Origin: Botryllus schlosseri
Taxonomy: Eukaryota
Reading direction: 5' to 3'
Assembly (NCBI GenBank): GCA_051294905.1
Contig: CM119372.1
Coordinates: 34,474,001 to 34,538,000, forward strand
DNA: 64,000 nt
The notes under the pieces were generated by a model, which saw only the letters and a list, made by a program, of their open reading frames with translations, ran no database searches and was not told the origin of the DNA. How positions within the stretch are numbered: position 1 is the stretch's first letter; every line of letters begins with the position of its first letter. Below are positions 12,392 to 26,321 of this stretch, piece after piece. The translations under genes were made by a program, and so were the position numbers.

Positions 12392-13032
12392 CAGACATGG
12401 ACAAAGTCCGGCCCGCGGGTCCAATGCGGTCTGCGACGCGATTCTGACTGGCCCGCGAAATGTATCCTAGTATTTAGAACATAAACCTACTTTCGAATAC
12501 TAACTTGTGAACTGAAACAAAAGGCTGCATGAACTGAACCAGAAGTGCGTTTACTTTTAAGCCTGCTAATTTTGCTAATCTGTGTATTGTGATTACGCAC
12601 TTACGCAGCCTATACGTATATGTCGTATAATATGGATTCAAAGTACTGCAAGCAGAGCAAAGTATACTGTAACAATTAAAGTCCAAAGTAACTTTTTGTC
12701 GCCATTGTTGCCTTACAAATTAGGCCTACCTGGACTGCGTGATTTAAATTGTCATGTCATGCGTTTCCAATCCATAATTCGTAAAACAAGTCCATCAGCG
12801 CACGTAAGTAGCGGTCACCCGAAAACGACGAACAGGAATGGTAAAAAATAGAGGTGGTGGCTGAAGGCAGACATTTAAAGAAGATGTGAAGCACTAAATA
12901 TTTACTTGAGTGAGATGGAAACCTGCCATTTTTGTGGTGACCAGGTCGCCGTGTTTGGAGATATATTTTAAATCGGCCAGCCTATTTTTGCTTGTCATTT
13001 CGCACGTCTAGAAAATTAATTGCCCAACCCTG
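12392..13032. mobile_element. Nested non-autonomous hAT element
   Basis: Degenerate TIR cagacatggacaa/ttgcccaaccctg; exact 8-bp TSD atttaact. Confidence 0.75.
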
Positions 13033-13465
13033 ATTTAACTTGAAATTCAAGACGTCTCCGGTGAGGACATGCGAGCGTACGAGGTCACTCGTCGTAAACC
13101 GCGCAATTTGCACGAACAGTTATTTTCGAATCATTCATTTTTTGGATGACCCCTAATCGCTGTTGCCAGGTATTTTCGTGCAGCTTATTGCACTCATAGT
13201 ACGTCTGGTGGTAGTGAGAAACGAGCAAGGTAGCGCGACAAGGTGATTGGTCCGACTACGTAACGCAGCTTATCAAGATATTGTCGGACAGGAGAGTATT
13301 AGTCGAGTTGGCGAAGTGCCGTAGCCGGTTAATCCACGGTATTCGACGTTAATCGACTTTCGGCGCTACAGCACTTTTATCTGGGATAAAAATTTACCTC
13401 GACTCAGCAGACAGTAAAATCACATGAATATCATCATGAACAAACATAATTACGAACAAAGCTCT

Positions 13466-13856
13466 TAAATAGTATATTCATATTGAAATGAACCCGAATA
13501 TTTTCGGCTGACACTCGTCAGGGGTAATCGTCAGCAACTAGTAGAGAATTGGAAAGAACATTGTATATCAACAATCGTATCACAACATATGACGTCACCA
13601 GCATGAAATTTCGAATGAGAGAGCGTTCAATGTACTATTTTTAGGTGGTACACGAACTCCTTTTGTTGACAGAGTTTTGTCATTCGAAATTTCATGCTGG
13701 TGACGTCATATTTTGTGATACGATTGTTGATATACAATGTTCTTTCCAATTCTCTACTAGTTGCTGACGAGTGTCAGCCGAAAATATTCGGGTTCATTTC
13801 AATATGAATATACTATTTAATTGTATATTGAAGTTCTGTACCTCCAAGAAGCTCTT
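13466..13856. mobile_element. Palindromic Penelope-like (pLTR-type) insert carrying hammerhead motifs
   Basis: Inverted arms; 13-bp TSD cgaacaaagctct (13453-13465 and 13857-13869); the empty site is visible in the related hAT copy near 23150-23180; same family as 50260-50707. Confidence 0.7.
13492..13525 (-). ncRNA. Minimal type I hammerhead ribozyme
   Basis: Minus strand reads accc-CTGACGA-gtgtcagcc-GAA-aatatt-C-gggt: conserved core, stem I accc/gggt, palindromic stem III. Confidence 0.65.
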
Positions 13857-15268
13857 CGAACAAAGCTCTCTAAACGTCACTCTCCAGCACCATAGTGCAA
13901 TAAACGGTTTCATACTTGAAATTTTGGGTTGATTTCAATTTATGATGGTTCACCGGCCCGCCTGATATTTTTGAAAATTTTACCGGTCCACGAGGATAAA
14001 AAGGTTGAGAACCACTGGTATAGACAACAGTTTATTATTTATACACGCAGATAAATATTAAGATCTAAACTTAGCATGTAGACACCTTGTCGAGGCCAGG
14101 TAGCGCTCATAATTTATCTATTTTCTAAAATTTGCGCATTTTAAAATAGACCGTCGATTTAGTTATTGCAACCAAGAAAACAAATCTCGAAGATGTGATC
14201 GATACGACTTCGAATAGAAACACTACTGGCTGCAATGTGGATTTCAAGCGGAATCTATCAGATTGTAAACCCATCACATTACGAAATCGAAAATATGTCC
14301 AACAGAAACACTGATCGATGACTGATGGCGACGGTCTAGCAAAATACCTATACAAGAGGTAGACAAAATAATAGGGCGTGGAAAAATCGAGTAGGCCTAC
14401 ATGAATGGTTCGATACTGAATCGAGTATTAGACTTCGAGAATCACTCAATATAACAATTGAATGAATGATGTGGAAAGTTCAAACAGCGACCAGCAAGAA
14501 TGTAATGCCAGTTTTATGTCACAATAAAGATTATTTGATGTTTTTCGATCATACATATTTCATTGCATTTTGAGACAATGATGTGGTTTGATCACGACCT
14601 TGACATGACATATATGTCATTTCCACTATCGTGTGTAGCGTTGTACTATTCCGGGGGAAGCAAAATTCGGTTCGCTAGCCGCATGCGGCTCTTTCACCCT
14701 TTGATTGCGTCTCTTTAATGATTATTATCATTTTGCAAGAGATGTTTAACCAGATTATAAATTGATGTATTCCATCACGTATTTACGATATGCGTATTGA
14801 ATTCGTGTTGTTTCTTTCGTTATGGTTTACCTTTGTAAAAATTAGGAGTGGTGACACTACAGGGTTAGAGCTTGGAAATTGAGCTCTCGAATTGAGTTCA
14901 CATAAACGTTTCAACCGCAACAATGGTGCATGGTCATCTATCAATTATAAATCATTATGTTTCACAATGATCTTGATAAATTAATCCAGGTATATAACGC
15001 AGGTCACAATCATTTCCGGACAAACAATGGTGAATACGGGTCTTCCATTTGGCCAAGAAAATGGTCATGGTGAGATGATTGCAAGAAAAGAAAGTATGAG
15101 CAGGGATATAGAACTTTTTAAACAGAATGGGTGGAAGAGTTTGCATGCAGTGATAAACGTCATTACGAAACCAAACACTAACATTTTGCCACCAGTTACC
15201 CAGCGAAGACAGATTTACGGAGTAATAAAAATTACCGAGCTTCCTTAAATGCTCAGCAGCACATAAAG

Positions 15269-16444
15269 CAGGGGTGGGCAAACTACGGCCCACGACACCA
15301 TTTTTTGCGACCCCGAAAGCAGTGAGAAACGTGATAGAAATATTGATAAAAATGTGAAGTAAAAAATCAAATTACTAGAGCGACTTGATTGAACCTTTTT
15401 TAAATACATTTTATCATGAAATTAAGTTGTAGCCTAATCTTAATGTTGCATTTTCTTATTTTATTGTTAGTAAAATAGCCCTAACCTATAGGGGCCTACG
15501 CATTTTTAAACGCTTCGGTTGCTAAATATCCAATACAATCAAAATGGAAATGAGGTAATTCGGATCAGGATTTTGATTTCAGAGTAGAATTTTCAGTGCT
15601 TTACTTGAAAAAAAAAACGATTCGTTCGTGTGTTTGGTAGATTCGTCCTCTATATGCGCAGTTAGTTGCAAATCATTCATAACTTCGGTCTGACCTCATC
15701 CATAACCAGTAGTTCAAAGCAATACGGAAGCGGAGCGCAAAGCGTAATGCGGAAAGTTGACGATGAATGCTGCTGCAATCAATAAAGAATCAACTTATAG
15801 GTGGGCCTATACTTCCGTTCCGGCGTCTATGGTAACGCAATAAATATTATTGACATATGACATTATTATAATGAATTCGTTCGTTCGAGGTCAACCCTTA
15901 CCGGGCCAGGACACATGAAGACGCTATGTTCTGGCCAGCATATCGATATGTGAAGTTTGGTGCCAAAACCTGCCGGCGATAAAACCAAAATGACCGTCCC
16001 TGGTTGGCTAATACCTTCAATATTTATATGTCCGGTCGTCGAAATGGTTGGTACCGAACAGTCCGAGTGGAAAGTCAGTACAAGTGCGACCCGTGGTCGA
16101 ATACCACACTCTGATTTGAAATCCCCCGCGTGAGTCAGACATTTTCCATAGAGCTGCATTGCGTACGACTGCTGTCTGCGAGTTCTTAATATCGTATACA
16201 TGCCCGCAAAATGTAGCATAGTTATATTAAAAATGCATACGATTTGATGTGTGAGGCTTGGGTAGCAAGATGCCACTAAAACTCGGATTTGGGTCGCAGT
16301 CAAAATGGTTTAAGAACCACTGCTTTATAGCCTATAATAGAATAAAAGCTCGCGTTGCGGTTTATAATTACGATATTAGTGCGGCCCGCGAATCAATTCA
16401 AATGCGAAATGCGGCCCGCGAGCCGAATAGTTTGCCAACCCCTG
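15269..16444. mobile_element. Non-autonomous hAT element
   Basis: TIR caggggtgggcaaact/agtttgccaacccctg; exact TSD acataaag. Confidence 0.85.
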
Positions 16445-17107
16445 ACATAAAGGAACTGCTCCACACTTCTTTGACGTCATATCAGCCTGATTAAAAACAC
16501 CTTGTAGCCCATGTGTAGACCCAACTTGTCACCACACACTAATAAACTTCATTCGATAGCCCATGCATTTGATTGTGTCGTAATTAATTGGTATTTTAGA
16601 ATTTTTGTGTTGTGGCTCTTTTAAGACAGGTCTGCCCACCCCTATATATTTTTCGTGGGCTGCGATACGACCAATCGAGGTTTGCAGCCTTCATCAGTAT
16701 AAAAGGACAGCGTAACTATAAAACGATAAATTAATTCTAAGTAGCTAGGGGCAGATAATCTCAGTACTCGAACAAAATCCTCTTTCGCTATACTCTATAC
16801 TCCATGGGTTCTCAACTTTCCATGTATAACGCGCCGCATTTCAACAGCAGAAGATGCTGCAGTCTGCAGAACATTATTACCATGTATTTGTGGGCAACTA
16901 ATAAATTTAGGCTACTAAAGCCTTTTACCTTGTATTTTTATACATTCTAAAGCAGTGGTTCCCAACCGGGGAGGAATTCCCCCCTTGGGGGGAATTTTGC
17001 AATTTTTAGGGAGGAATTCCACTTTATAATTGTAACGCATTTCTCAAATTGTTCATGTCCGAACTGTCATGTAGTCAACCAGTTATATCCGAAAGTATGC
17101 TCCTCAT

Positions 17108-17432
17108 TAGGCTTACCATATTTTGGAAATCTAAAAAGAGGACAATTTTTCAGAAATTCGAGACTTGCTACAAAAACCGGTAAACTTTTCCACTTTCTGA
17201 TCGGTTGAAAAAAAAGGTCATCTTTTCGCTCAGAGCTAAAATCACCGTTTTCCACTCCGAAATACCCGCCGGAGCGTCACTTCTCTGCTAATTTACGGCA
17301 TATCATTCGCAATTTGCTCTAAATCTGACCTAAATTTTGAAAAAGAGGACAAAATCGCAAAAAAGAGGACAAAAGGGCGTCCTCCAAGGACACTTTCACA
17401 AAAGCCAAAAAAGAGGACGTATGGTAACCCTA
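17108..17432. mobile_element. hAT-type MITE (taggcttaccata family)
   Basis: TIR taggcttaccata/tatggtaacccta; exact TSD ctcctcat; second copy at 26820-27249. Confidence 0.85.
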
Positions 17433-17868
17433 CTCCTCATAGCTGTTTTTTGCTAAAGTATGTTCAAATGCTATTTGAAATCTCTTTTTCACATACGAAT
17501 TCCCCCTTGTTTTTTTTTTAAACTAGTTCAGATGTGCTGCAGTTTGCAAGACAATTTTGTTGGACAGCGACGGCCTCTCAATCAAATATTTTTCAAGCGA
17601 GCAAATGTCTTGCCGAATCTATCACAACAAAGCCTTTAATGAAACTATTTATCTTATATTCTCAAGTCAACATTTTCAGACAGTGACAGAATATTCCAAC
17701 GTCATCGATTCAAGTCAAAGAGATCGCTGGCCTTGCTTTATTTTTAGTAAACAGCTACCCGACCGAAAAAAGACATGTTAAACTTGGTGCAGTGTTGCTG
17801 AAACGGAATGGGTGTCCTAACTTTCAATGAGCTCCAGCAGGAAATCTGATCACTTGTATGTTATGGAT

Positions 17869-18430
17869 CAGAGCTGTAACCAAGTCACGAGGCTCCGAGT
17901 CACAAGTCAATCTCACTTTCATAGTTTTGACTCGTGTCAACTCGAGTCATTTTCAATTCAACATTGAGTCAAGTCTGAGTCCAAGTCACCGAGCAGAGGG
18001 TCGAGTCCGAGTCATTGTATTATGACTCGAGTCCGAGTCCAAGTCATTGTGTTGACTGCTCAGTTTCCAGTTGAAGTCTTGTTGAACCCACTTTTTATAA
18101 CTCTGTTTGGTGATATTGAATGATTTTGATTTATACTGTACTAATTTTCCTCACTCTGAGCAGTTTCTTGTCGCCTTTTCAAGTACCAGGACCAATACGA
18201 AATTCCAATACGAAGGCCACTTTACTGTTCTTCGAAATTACAATGGAATGTCGGTCTGTGCCGTCTTATAGTCTCGAGTCATATGGCTTGGTTCGAGTCA
18301 TGCACAATGACTCGAGTAAAAGTCGAGTCAATACACAGATTGTCTCTAGTCGAGTCGAGTCATTTCCCTATTTTGAAAAAATGACTCGAGTCAAGTCGAG
18401 TCTTCAGAAAATGGTGACTCGAGTCTGGTC
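17869..18430. repeat. GACTC/GAGTC-rich hAT MITE copy
   Basis: Same family as the ends of 19931-24949; dense gactcgagtc motifs; boundaries approximate and no TSD resolved. Confidence 0.65.
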
Positions 18431-20517
18431 AATCCTGCTATATATGAAAGCACCAATATCATTGTCCAAATGCATAAGCAAACTTGAGAAAAAAATCGCG
18501 AGACCAGTAAATTTATGCATACTGATTTTTCACAGCAGTTATATTAGCGATTTGTGCATGGTAAGCCGAAACACACAAATGGAAGTGTGGGGGTCTGTTG
18601 AGTCAAGCCTTCCAGAATTTGTTTGATTGGGACCAAGACTATTGTTTTTGGAGGTCTACAAAGTGTTGTTACAGCCCTGCTAGAAACAAACACTCTGTAC
18701 TGCCCATCTTATTCTTCGGTCAACTGGTGTTTGCGCAGTAAAAATGACCTTTTTTAATCATCGGCAGATTTCTCCTAAGGGGGGAATTTTGACTCAAATT
18801 TCGGCCAAGGGAGGCAGGAGATGAAAAAGGTTGGGAACCACTGTTCTAAAGCATTAATGGACAGCGTTCGTAAGTTTGCAATTGCTGTTTTTTTGTGAGA
18901 ATATGTATATTCCAGCGGTGCAAGTAAATCCCTTCATGTAGCGTGCATTGCATTATTTGCCAAGTCGGTATATGTAGGCCTACCATCAAACCCTCTCATC
19001 TGAGAACGGAACTCTATGTTTCAATGCGTGAGCGAGCAATTATAAATCACGGTAACTTTCTCATTAATGAGGCCATTATCATTTTGAGCACTCAGTGATA
19101 TGAGAAACTCTGGCGTTTCGGGGTCATTTCTGAGCAAACCAATTAACCCTTCTCCTTTCCTTCCATGGCTGGAGCCCAGCAACAATATTTGCAGAAGTCA
19201 GCTTTTTCAAGTTGATGTTTTACGCTGGTCCTCTACCCACGTTTGCCTTGCCAGCATTTCTTCTGCAAATATGTCCCCTCTGATAAGATGCACCCAGAAA
19301 ATTAGCTATGTAATGTCCGTAGAGTCGGCGAATTAGTCCAATGCTAGGCCAAAGTAGTCCTGGTGGGGAATGAAGGTTCGGAATAAATCTGAAGTGGGGA
19401 ATGAAGACGAAAAGGTTGGGAACCACTGGCCTAGACCAAGGTGGGTGGGTGTCTGATCTCAAAGACTACTCCAAGTCGTCTCGACATCTCATTTTATCGC
19501 AGTTTTGTGGTGTTTTGAAATGATGAAAATATTAATTAACTGATACTGAGTTACAAACTAAGTTTTCACTGTTTAGTTTTCCCTTCCCTTGTTCATGTTT
19601 CTGTTCAAACCATTCGCGGTGTACTACGCAGTGGGATTCTCTTAAACCAGAGTCCTGACGAATCCGACAAAACAATAACAATCTAAACTTTAGCATATAT
19701 CAAGAGACCAGAACACATCAACGATTGAGTGTTCAAAAGAAACAGAAACGGTGCGATAAGAGAGCTAAGTAACTAAATTAAGATGTTACAATCGTACCAG
19801 TAGTAATTGCGTTCATAATGAAAGATGACGCGGGCCGCAAAACAAGCGTCACTCGCCGAAACCTACACTCAAACACATGGCGTGAAATGTTAAAGACTGT
19901 TCTGCTAACTTGTTTTAGGCTCATTGGTACCAGGGTTGTAATGACTCGAGTCATGACTCGACTCGAGTCCGACTCGAGTCACGATTTTCCGATGACTCGA
20001 CTTGACTCGAGTCATTTTTTAAAAATACGGAAATGACTCGACTCGACTCGAGTCAATCTGTGTATTGACTCGACTGGGACTCGAGTCATTGCGCATGACT
20101 CGGACCAAGTCATTGACTCGAGACTCAGACGACCAAGACTGACATTTCATTGTAATTTCGAAGTAGTGTGAAGTAACCATCACACTGGGATTTCGTCTGA
20201 TTGGTACTGGTCAGAGTTGGATCAATTGTAATTTGTAATTGAGCTGAATGTAATTAATTACATTGTCACATGTAATTGTAATTGTAATTGAAGCATTTCT
20301 ATTTTGTCTAATTGTAATTGTAATTGTAATTTGATCAAAATTTTGCTCAATTACAATCTCAATTACATTTTCATGGAAACCTGACAATCACGACATAAAA
20401 TAATCATTTAATCAATCATTTATTCGTCGCACCTGTGAAAATCCGGTACGAACCAGGATGACGACGAGGGGCCTTAAGGCCTTAGTTAACAGTCACCACA
20501 TGTAATAATTAGCCTAT

Positions 20518-22125
20518 CAGGGTTGTAATGACTCGAGTCAGACTCGAGTCACGAATTTTGGGTGACTCGACTTGACTCTAGTCATTTTCTTGAAAAGGAG
20601 AAATGACTCGACTCGACTCGAGTCAATATTTGGATTGACTCGACTTGTACTCGAGTCATTACACATGACTCGACCCAAGTCATTGACTCAGCATATTTTA
20701 TATGACTTGAAGATGAAGAGATTTGCCAATCGTACTGGCTTTCGTTGCACTCGTCTGATATCAGATATGCCGACGTAAAAACAACAGACAATGGCACATA
20801 TAGTAGCAATGCATTGTACAAAATTATCCTGTGATGAAGAGGTAAATAGATCCTCCGCAATCAAAGTACTCGAGACTTTTCAATTATACAAGCAAACAAT
20901 CGAAGCAAAGTTCAATTAGAGGCAATGAAATGCCTCAGATGGTCAAGTACTTGGAAGAGACTGATAAGCTCATGTGTATAGATTTTAAGGCGATGATTTT
21001 TTGCATTCTTGGGCGACCAGAAATAATGAGTATCCAATGCTCTTCAATGTGGTTCAAAAATGCTTGTCAATTCCTATATGTAGTGCACCAGTGGAACGTG
21101 TTTCAGTAGATGTGGATTTATTCTAATGCCATGCCGCTATAACATATATGAGGATCCCCTTTCCACTATAGTATTTTTGAATTGTATCTCATCATTGATT
21201 TGATCTGCTGTCAGTGAAAACACACAATACACTCCATCCATTTGACGTTTTGTTAGGTATGTGCATTGTGCATGTGAGTAATAATGAATGGCTAATGTTG
21301 TGTGATGTTTGTACAATAGGGTTGTTCAAAAATACCTTCTTATTTATTTTACTGGGTGGCTACTTGGTAAAATTGTTATGTTACATAAAAAGAACACTGA
21401 ATCTGGCCTAATTTTAAAAAGTAGAATCAATGATATGAGAGGAGAAAATTTTATATTTGAAAATAAAGGGAGTGTTTTTGGTGAGAAATTATTTCATATA
21501 ATATAATTATATGCTAGTAGTAAGCCGACTATTTTTTCATATCCAAAATATTCCACTCTTATAAATTCGCCTTTTCTAGTTGGAGTTGGGCCAAATTTGC
21601 TATCAATCATATTTTTACACAATATAACAATATCATGAGGTGGCCGGTAAATTTCGAAAATCTCTATTTGTAGTTATTCCGAAATTCCCTCTCATATTAG
21701 TAACGCTCCGGAGCTATTTCGGGAGCTGAGCAGGAAAGCTGACCTTTTTTTAGTCAACCACCTGATAATGTGAAAGAAAAACCGTACGTCTACATAAACA
21801 TGCATCTGTTGATTCTCTATCAGCTGGTATCTAGACGTGAATTCGTTGGTTCTATATCAGATAGCTTGTAGAATGAATTCGTTGCTTCTCTATAAGCTAT
21901 AAGCTAATTCAGGATTAGAAACATGAGTTGAACATGACTTCAATACTGTGACTTGGACTCGACTCGAGTCATAACACTATGACTCGGACTTGAGCCTTAA
22001 AACGGTGACTTGGACTCGGACTTGACTCGATGATGAATTGAAAATGACTCGACTTGACTCGAGTCAAAACCACAAAAGTAAGATTGACTCGTGACTCGGA
22101 ACAATGTGACTTGGTTACAACCCTG
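20518..22125. mobile_element. Nested GACTC-rich hAT deletion derivative
   Basis: TIR cagggttgtaa/ttacaaccctg; exact TSD tagcctat; contains a transposase remnant. Confidence 0.85.
21010..21120 (+). pseudogene. hAT transposase C-terminal dimerisation-domain remnant
   Basis: Translates to WATRNNEYPMLFNVVQKCLSIPICSAPVERV, then a frameshift to FSRCG; matches the hAT W..YP.L....LSIP..SA..ER.FS motif. Confidence 0.8.
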
Positions 22126-22247
22126 TAGCCTATTCACATCGGTGTTCTATGCGTGCTGCGTTATAACTAGATAATTCAGTCACGCTAAACTGTTTGCCAT
22201 ACTTCAGTAGCAACAGAAAACTTTGTGAATTACAATATAGGCTAAAC

Positions 22248-22552
22248 CAGTGGTTCTCAAACTGGGGGCGTGCCCCCTTGGGCGGCGTGAAAGCATCTGA
22301 ACGGGACGCGACGCTCCAGTGAACTGAAATCTTTTCCGCGCTTGGCCCAATTCACCTCCGTTTCATGGTTATTGCTCGGTGTATAGTCTGAATATCGTAT
22401 TGGAAAATTCTCTCATCAACAGTCATAACCTTCCATACCATCGAACAATATGTAAGGATTTCTAACCTTCTGGTTTCATTTTGTGCCACGACGATAAGGA
22501 GGGCACGAATGTCATAAAGGGGGGCGTGTCTAAAAAAGTTAGAGAACCAGCG
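22248..22552. mobile_element. hAT MITE
   Basis: TIR cagtggttctc/gagaaccagcg; exact TSD ggctaaac. Confidence 0.8.
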
Positions 22553-23008
22553 GGCTAAACTAAATCTTAATATTTCAAAAATTGATGAACAGCAAATAAA
22601 CTCTTCTGAAACCTGTGCTGGACCAGTACCGAGGCTTGTTGCAACAATAGCAAAAAAAATTCAAGGTTCCAACCAAGGCTTCATCAAACTTGATAACGCA
22701 TTTATAGAGATGTTATCCCAATCTTACCTCCAATCTTGGCCAAATTTACTGGGGCCAGAAACTTTTCGCACCTTAATGTTCATCAAATGCTATCTAACAG
22801 TTTCCGAGCAAGTGAAAATATAAATGCGAACCAAAATATTGTAATTCTTAGTTATCAGGAGGTTCTTTCCTTTTGCATTTATTTTAATTTTACGTACCTT
22901 ATCGGTATCATCCTTATCGCTGACGCCTTACCAATTACATTTCATTATCCTGACTCAGCTCTGAGTTGCCTAATCGTTTGATTACATTTCATCAACTCTC
23001 CTGTAGCC

Positions 23009-24206
23009 CAGTGGTTCTCAACCTTTCTCACCACGCGGACCGGTAAAATTTCAAAAAATGTCTGGCGGACCGGTGAACTTTCAAAATTTAAATGAAACCA
23101 AAATGTAAGGTATGCAACCGTTTTTTCAACTACATAGTGCTAGAGAGTGACATTTAGAGGGTTTTGATCGTAATTAATTCGCTTTTGGATGACATCCGTG
23201 TGATTTTATGACAGTGAGTCTGCTGAGTCGAGGTACAATTGTCTAGTCAAAATAAACGCGCTACCACCGAGTGTCGTTAACAGTCTTTCGTGCCGAACGT
23301 AGTGGGTTTAACCGACCACCCCAACGCGAATAATATTCTTGTCTATGACAATACCGAGAGAAAAAGCGTTTTGGAGTAGAAGCAAGCACCTTGTCTTGCT
23401 ACCTTGCTCATTGCCCACTGTCACCAGAGGCAGGCTACTCTTGTAACTACTAATACCATACGTGCAGCAGAAAAAACACCTTACAGCAGCTATACCGGCC
23501 ATACGCAAATCCGCTCCAAAAAATTACATCGTGAGCCCACCCCAAAAAAACGTTGGTCTCGGGCTCCCACAGGGCGATAAGCCAAACTTCTGGGGATTTG
23601 CTCCCGGACCCGATGAGTGGGCGGATGTTTTCACCTGCACTTGTGTGCACACTCATTCTACTCAGTGCAAGCAAAGAGTTTATGTTGCTTAATCGCGACA
23701 ATAGCAAAAATTTTGGATCATTCATTACTGAATCGGTTTTCTCGCTGCCGAATTTTTGGCACAACTTTCAGAGTCCCATCTTAGCCTAATCTTTATTATA
23801 CGTTGGTTGGTCGTGGCGCGTTAATGACTGACACCGCAATGCCTATTTCTATATATATCTTGCGTATTTCTCGGAGAAGAGCACCTATAAGCGAGGCATT
23901 CAGTGACATTGAATCGCGCAATGCGCGAAAAGAAATTTAAAAGTGTTGGAAAATGTTTCAAAAAAATACGCTCTGATTTATGCTCACTTGCAAAATGATT
24001 TTGGCGTGGCACAGTGACGGTCCTGTACAAAATGAATCATTCGAAAACGAATGATCGCGAAAACTGCGCTGTTTAGCGATGAGTCAGCTCGTATCTCTAT
24101 TGTGTTTGTCGCCTTCAACATTTCATTGTGAAATTACGGTAAAAATTGTAATATGCGTGGCGGACCGGCAGGAATGTCGTCGCGGACCGGCGGTTGAGAA
24201 CCACTG
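23009..24206. mobile_element. Non-autonomous hAT (Charlie-like) element
   Basis: TIR cagtggttctcaacc/ggttgagaaccactg; TSD ctgtagcc/ctctagcc. Confidence 0.85.
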
Positions 24207-25027
24207 CTCTAGCCTATTCGAGGTTAGTCGCTCAAACCATTGGTTCGTAACAGTCGCTTGATACATTTTTCTGTGCTTGTAGTTTTCAGTACTCATGATT
24301 AGGAATAGTTCGAATACGTTCGAGTTTTTTTTTAATTAAAGGATATTCTACATATCAGGAATGAAACATGAATAGCTTGAGATTGTTGCTAATAACGTCG
24401 CTACGGTTGTAAAAGAACATCTCTTTACTGAATCAATTACCTGTTTAAAAGTAAGTGTAATTGTAATTATAATTGTAATTAATTACATGTTTAGAAGTAA
24501 TTGTAATTGTAATTTGATATTTTTAGCATTGAGTAATTGTAATTGTAATGTAATTGAAACATGCAAGGAAGTAATTGTAATTATAATTGTAATTGAATTA
24601 AAATAATGTAATTGATCCAACTCTGGTACTGGTACTTGAAAATGCGACCGGAAACTGCTAAAAGGGAGGAAAATTAGTATATTATAAATGCGAAACATTC
24701 GATATCACCAAACATAGTTATATGAAGTGAGTTGAACAAGACTTTAACTGGAAACTGAGCAGTCAACATAATGACTTGGACTCGGACTCGAGTCATGATA
24801 CCATGACTCGGACTTGACCCTCTGCTCGATGACTTTGACTCGGACTTGACTTGGTGGTGAATTGAAAATGACTCGACTTGACTCGAGTCAAAACAATAAA
24901 AGTGAAATTGACTTGTGACTCGGAGCCTTGTGACTTGGTTACAACCCTGATTGGTACACATTACTTAGTAAACTGAAGTAGTTACGGAATTGTTTTGTTT
25001 CACCACTGACAGTGAAAGTGTTATATC

Positions 25028-26321
25028 CAGAGGTGGTCAGTAACAAAGTACTTCTACTTTTTCGAAGTACTCAAGTAGTTTTCCTCTACTTCTAGTACTT
25101 ATTCAAATAGATCTCATTTTCGCTACTTCTACTTCGTAATATTTTGTGATCTACTTACTTACTTTTCGCTATTTTCAGTTTGTCAAGTAGAAGTAGTTCA
25201 ATCTTCCAATCAGGAAGATAGCCTGAGTAATTTCGGGGCTGTTTTCACGGAGTATCAGCATTTAATTTTCATAAAAGTTTAGTAAAGTCTAGAATTTTCG
25301 ACGGGCTTCGCGCGCAGTGCTGGTTACGGAGTGACCAGTAGGATGTCACAAAAGTATCGGTAAATATAATTTAGGTAGAGGGTTGGCGTGGTTCCGTTCA
25401 CACCACATTGTCGCCCTTCGTTCATATCAAGTAATTCATCACAGTATATACGGCTCATCATAGCTTTTGAAACTGATGTTTCGCAATCTAGCATTCACTT
25501 TTCATATTGTAATCTAGCATGTCCATGGCGTGTCCAAATCTGGAAAAGTGGACTCTGACTTTTTTTTAGTTTTAGAGCTGTTTTAGTATGCCACCTTTGA
25601 AATTTTCTAGACTAAAGACATGAAATACATGTTCCGCTTTTAGAGGTAGTTTATATATTTTACTTTCAATTCCCAGTATCATATAGTTTGAGTTCTAATT
25701 AATGTCAGTTCTTGTGTCTGGATAACATACATTTTGAAGTATACAAGCAAGTGCAGTAATGCCTTTAATTTCTGGAAATAAAGCTACACAATATGGCATT
25801 TTTACGGCCACCATATTTTTTATTAACGTTTACTAATCACGCAAAGTGTTTACACCTCATCCTATACAACTTCTCCGTATTACTCTTCGACTAAACTGCG
25901 GGCCTTATAATATGGGGATGGCGCCATACCATCCGCTATTTTCTAAAACGTGCTGTTCCAAAAAACAGAGGATTAGCATCACATTTCCATATCAATACTA
26001 TCATTTCCATCTCATGATGTGGACGAATATCTTATGCTATCGACAATTGGATACCTGCTGGTATGCATCAATATGAATCAAGCTCGTCACCTATCGCATA
26101 GCTCAATTTGCACCTTTTTACAATCTATGTGAGCGGATTAGGATCGTTTTCATAACTACTTACTTACTTGAGTACTTTTAAAGTCAGTCAAATCTACTTC
26201 TACTTCAAGTAGTTTTAGGTTGCTTATGGAAGAAGTACTTCTACTCGTACTTGAGTAGATTTTTTCGTAGCTACTTCTACTTCTACTTGAGTAGATTTCT
26301 TGACTACTTTGACCACCTCTG
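25028..26321. mobile_element. hAT MITE with TACTT-rich sub-termini
   Basis: TIR cagaggtggtca/tgaccacctctg; exact TSD gttatatc. Confidence 0.85.

Larger units (their letters stand above)
12200..14017. mobile_element. Non-autonomous hAT (Charlie-like) element
   Basis: TIR cagtggttctcaacc/ggttgagaaccactg; 8-bp TSD ctatagac/gtatagac; related to 23009-24206. Confidence 0.85.
16953..18843. mobile_element. Non-autonomous hAT element inserted in an older hAT copy that starts near 16803
   Basis: TIR cagtggttcccaacc/ggttgggaaccactg; exact TSD ttctaaag; the empty site is seen in the related element at ~46520. Confidence 0.85.
20212..24625. mobile_element. Nested hAT element with (GTAATT)n sub-terminal repeats
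   Basis: TIR cagagttggatcaatt/aattgatccaactctg; exact TSD gtactggt. Confidence 0.85.
19931..24949. mobile_element. GACTC-rich hAT MITE expanded by nested insertions
   Basis: TIR cagggttgtaa/ttacaaccctg; exact TSD attggtac. Confidence 0.85.

Noticed and set aside
18120..18626. 168-aa ORF
   Set aside because: Translation of GACTC/GAGTC MITE repeats.
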